From: Thraustochytrium aureum | Taxonomy: Eukaryota | DNA: 33,229 nt | Direction: 5' to 3' | Assembly (NCBI GenBank): GCA_012862495.1 | Contig: BLSG01000105.1 | Location: forward strand, 31,379 to 64,607 | In this document: piece after piece, positions 30,655 to 33,229 of the stretch | How positions within the stretch are numbered: position 1 is the stretch's first letter | Layout of the letters: every line of letters starts with the position of its first letter | Position numbers and translations under genes: made by a program | The notes under the pieces: model-generated | The model's input: only the letters and a program-made list of their open reading frames with translations | Databases searched by the model: none | Told to the model about the DNA's origin: nothing

Positions 30655-30820
30655 GTCGCTTTCGATTGTGTTTTTTTCGATTGTTTATTGTAGTTTTATT
30701 GTATTTTTTAGTTGTATTTTTTAGTTGTATTTTTACCATTGGTTGTTGTTTTTTTTTTTTCAAGAAATCAACTTGAAGAAATCGTCGTTCGTATTTTGAG
30801 GTTTTCTTTCGTTTTTTTCG
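30655..30820 (+). promoter_or_regulatory. T-rich, AT-rich island with (TTGTATTTTTTAG) tandem copies immediately upstream of ATG 30821
   Basis: Sharp compositional break from the GC-rich background, with poly-T tracts. A regulatory role is inferred from position only. Confidence 0.4.
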
Positions 30821-32676
30821 ATGGCAGAGCAGAGTCAGAGCCGCAACAGCGACCGCGCCCGAGCCCCGAGCGACCTGCAGCAGCAGCAGGCGCAGCAGCA
30901 GCAGCAGCAGCAGCAGGGCTTGTTGGGCACGGACTCCCCTTGGCGGTTCCTGCGAGCTGGTTTGCGCTGGCCTCGAGGGTCTGCTGTCGCGGCTCGAACA
31001 AGGCTTGCATTACAACAATACGGTGCCGCCGGCCTGGGAGACGGACTCGGCCGACTGACGGCTGCGCGCGAGCTCGACGGGCCGGTGATCCATGGTCGTG
31101 CAGTGGCCGAGGTGATGCTAAAGGCTTCGAGGGCCAGGCCCGCGGCGCGGTCCGTGAAGAGCGAGGCTGGCGAGGCTGGCAAGGATGCGGTCAGCGAAGC
31201 GGGAAGCACGAGGTCGTTGAACTCGGAGGGTCAGCAAGTCCGGCTCGAGACTGAAGAGGCTCGGGGCATCGTTTTCCAGGAAAGGTAAGACCTCGCTGCT
31301 GTCCAAGTCGCGCGGCTTCCTGAACCGAATCCAGGAGAAGCGCCGCGGGTCCTCCCCGCGCAACCTTGTCCTCCGCAACCTACTCCAGCACCGGCAGGAC
31401 CTGCACGACCCAGAAGGCGAAGTGGAATCAGACGTGGAAACAGAAGCGGACAGCGCCAGCGTGACGAGCCGGCAGAGCGCCTCGCGCAGCTCGCTGGGTC
31501 GCGGCAAGCGCATGAGCGCGGCGCTGGACGCGGTGCGCGACCTCAGCGGCAGCGGCGACACCGATGCGGACGGTGGTCCGAGCCCAAGCCCGGCCAAGCG
31601 GCCCCGGAGCATTATCCGGACCAGCGTGACGGCGCAACAACCACGAGCAGCGCGCGTCTCGGCNNNNNNNNNNNNNNNNNNNNNNNNNNNNNNNNNNNNN
31701 NNNNNNNNNNNNNNNNNNNNNNNNNNNNNNNNNNNNNNNNNNNNNNNNNNNNNNNNNNNNNNNNNNNNNNNNNNNNNNNNNNNNNNNNNNNNNNNNNNNN
31801 NNNNNNNNNNNNNNNNNNNNNNNNNNNNNNNNNNNNNNNNNNNNNNNNNNNNNNNNNNNNNNNNNNNNNNNNNNNNNNNNNNNNNNNNNNNNNNNNNNNN
31901 NNNNNNNNNNNNNNNNNNNNNNNNNNNNNNNNNNNNNNNNNNNNNNNNNNNNNNNNNNNNNNNNNNNNNNNNNNNNNNNNNNNNNNNNNNNNNNNNNNNN
32001 NNNNNNNNNNNNNNNNNNNNNNNNNNNNNNNNNNNNNNNNNNNNNNNNNNNNNNNNNNNNNNNNNNNNNNNNNNNNNNNNNNNNNNNNNNNNNNNNNNNN
32101 NNNNNNNNNNNNNNNNNNNNNNNNNNNNNNNNNNNNNNNNNNNNNNNNNNNNNNNNNNNNNNNNNNNNNNNNNNNNNNNNNNNNNNNNNNNNNNNNNNNN
32201 NNNNNNNNNNNNNNNNNNNNNNNNNNNNNNNNNNNNNNNNNTTGCTGGCCGCCGCCAAGCATATTGCCACCGCGGACAGCAAGCGCCAGTTCCAGGACTA
32301 TCTTGAGATCGTGCGCGCCTTTTTCGAGCGGTCTGCGCCCGCGGCGGGGGCTTGCGCGATAGCAGAGTTTGACCCCGCCACGGACGAGGCGCTCATCGCG
32401 GACGTCGCGACGCGCACTCTGCTGAACGAGTGGCTGCAAGCGCGTCTGAAGCGCAAGGACTTGCACGTGCCCTCGTACGCGACCTTTAAGAGCAGCGGGG
32501 GCAAGCTGGGCGAGTTTTTCAACACAGCGCACAACCGGCTGGACATGTGGGGCTGGATCAAGGTCACGCTGCTCTTGCTCTTTATCGTTTACGACACCTA
32601 CTCGCCGCACTTTTCTAACACGTACACAACGCTGGCCGTTTACGTGGGGCTGTACATTTGCGCCTACAACCTCTGA
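30821..32676 (+). CDS. Hypothetical protein with a polyQ/disordered N-terminus and C-terminal hydrophobic (TM) segments; apparent frameshift ~31273 and an internal gap
   Basis: ORF 30821-31288 continues in another frame (KGKTSLLSKSRGFLNRIQEKRR...) if one T is removed from GTTTTCC. The post-gap frame ends WGWIKVTLLLLFIVY...TLAVYVGLYICAYNL*. Joining across the gap is inference. Confidence 0.55.
30878..30917 (+). repeat. (CAG)n polyglutamine microsatellite
   Basis: Translates as QQQQAQQQQQQQQ. Confidence 0.9.
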
Positions 32677-32700
32677 TGACTGACTGACTGACTGACTGAC
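32677..32700 (+). repeat. (TGAC)6 microsatellite directly after a stop codon
   Basis: Read directly from the sequence. Confidence 0.95.
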
Positions 32701-32879
32701 AACTACTTTGCTCCGAGCTCGGGAAAGCTCTAGCTCTAGAGATGTAGCTCGAGCTGGACCAACGGCTGCGGCGCCTTGATGACGACTAACAAATCGATTT
32801 TCCATTCTCGTTGCGTTCAGGTTTGGAGCAGAGCATCCGCGTCAAACGAGCGCTTTTGCCACGAAAGCCGCCCAGGAAC

Positions 32880-33229
32880 TCACTCGGCCGCCGCGCCCTT
32901 TGAGGCGAGGAACGCCTGAAGGCGCTCGCGTCGCGATGCAGAGTACCGGCGCACCACCACAGCTTTGTCCGCCTCGGTCCAGCCCCTGCTCGATGTCTTG
33001 GAGTTGCTCGGCTGCGTCCACGCCGAAATCGCTTTCGTGTTGAGAAAGTCCGCAAAGCAGAACAAAGTGGCCGAGTCGCCAGAGTATTCAAAGCAGTTCT
33101 CCGGGTGCCGCTCGTCAACGGTGCGCGCCTTCTTCAGCGCACGCCGCAGTTCTTGCCTGGGCTTGGTGTCCTCGAGCCAGTTCAGCAGCACAGCGTCCAC
33201 TTCTGTGTGGCGCCATGCGCCGGTTCTCT
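32880..33229 (-). CDS. 3' end of a hypothetical protein (continues beyond the window)
   Basis: The frame is open from the window edge to the TGA ending at 32880. Globular-looking sequence (LLNWLED...ENCFEYSGDSATLFCFADFLN...GWTEADK); no family recognised. Confidence 0.65.
   Translation of the reverse strand, partial: RTGAWRHTEVDAVLLNWLEDTKPRQELRRALKKARTVDERHPENCFEYSGDSATLFCFADFLNTKAISAWTQPSNSKTSSRGWTEADKAVVVRRYSASRRERLQAFLASKGAAAE

Noticed and set aside
1..33229. Transposon, endogenous virus or prokaryotic operon/defence system
   Set aside because: No transposase, reverse transcriptase, integrase, capsid or terminal-repeat structure is visible. Genes alternate strands and have spliceosomal introns. 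The content of the ~4.4 kb of Ns cannot be assessed.

Overview
GC-rich, gene-dense, intron-poor eukaryotic nuclear DNA. It is not prokaryotic: it has two clear GT-AG spliceosomal introns, IQ, C2, ankyrin and FN3 proteins, and kinetochore and ciliary genes. The style suggests a flagellated stramenopile such as a labyrinthulomycete/thraustochytrid, which is my inference. Nine N-runs behave as assembly gaps, since reading frames are generally not preserved across them: 2250-3192, 4371-4737, 12888-13223, 18487-18598, 21424-21701, 22528-23438, 26690-26964, 28553-29132 and 31664-32241. About 14 genes are supportable: a giant multi-C2/multi-IQ protein, an ankyrin-FN3-IQ protein, a MAP10-like protein, a DUF6940-like protein, a TSNAXIP1-like protein, a spliced DASH/Dam1 subunit Ask1, a degenerate syntaxin-like protein with a CaaX tail, a 2OG-Fe(II) dioxygenase, a CD36/LIMP-2 receptor, a FAM149-like protein, a spliced tail-anchored sulfotransferase, anthranilate phosphoribosyltransferase, and two unknown proteins. 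The most interesting items are: (1) Ask1 with a C-terminal winged-helix-like domain; (2) a Qa-SNARE-like motif with no zero-layer Gln and a CaaX box instead of a TM anchor, which the ORF track missed; (3) a HIT-like motif in the DUF6940-like protein; (4) an AGCT-rich repeat that recurs at gene 3' ends; (5) four 1-nt frameshifts in short homopolymers, most likely sequencing errors. I found no tRNA, rRNA, CRISPR array or mobile element. All family calls come from motif recognition by eye, not from database searches.
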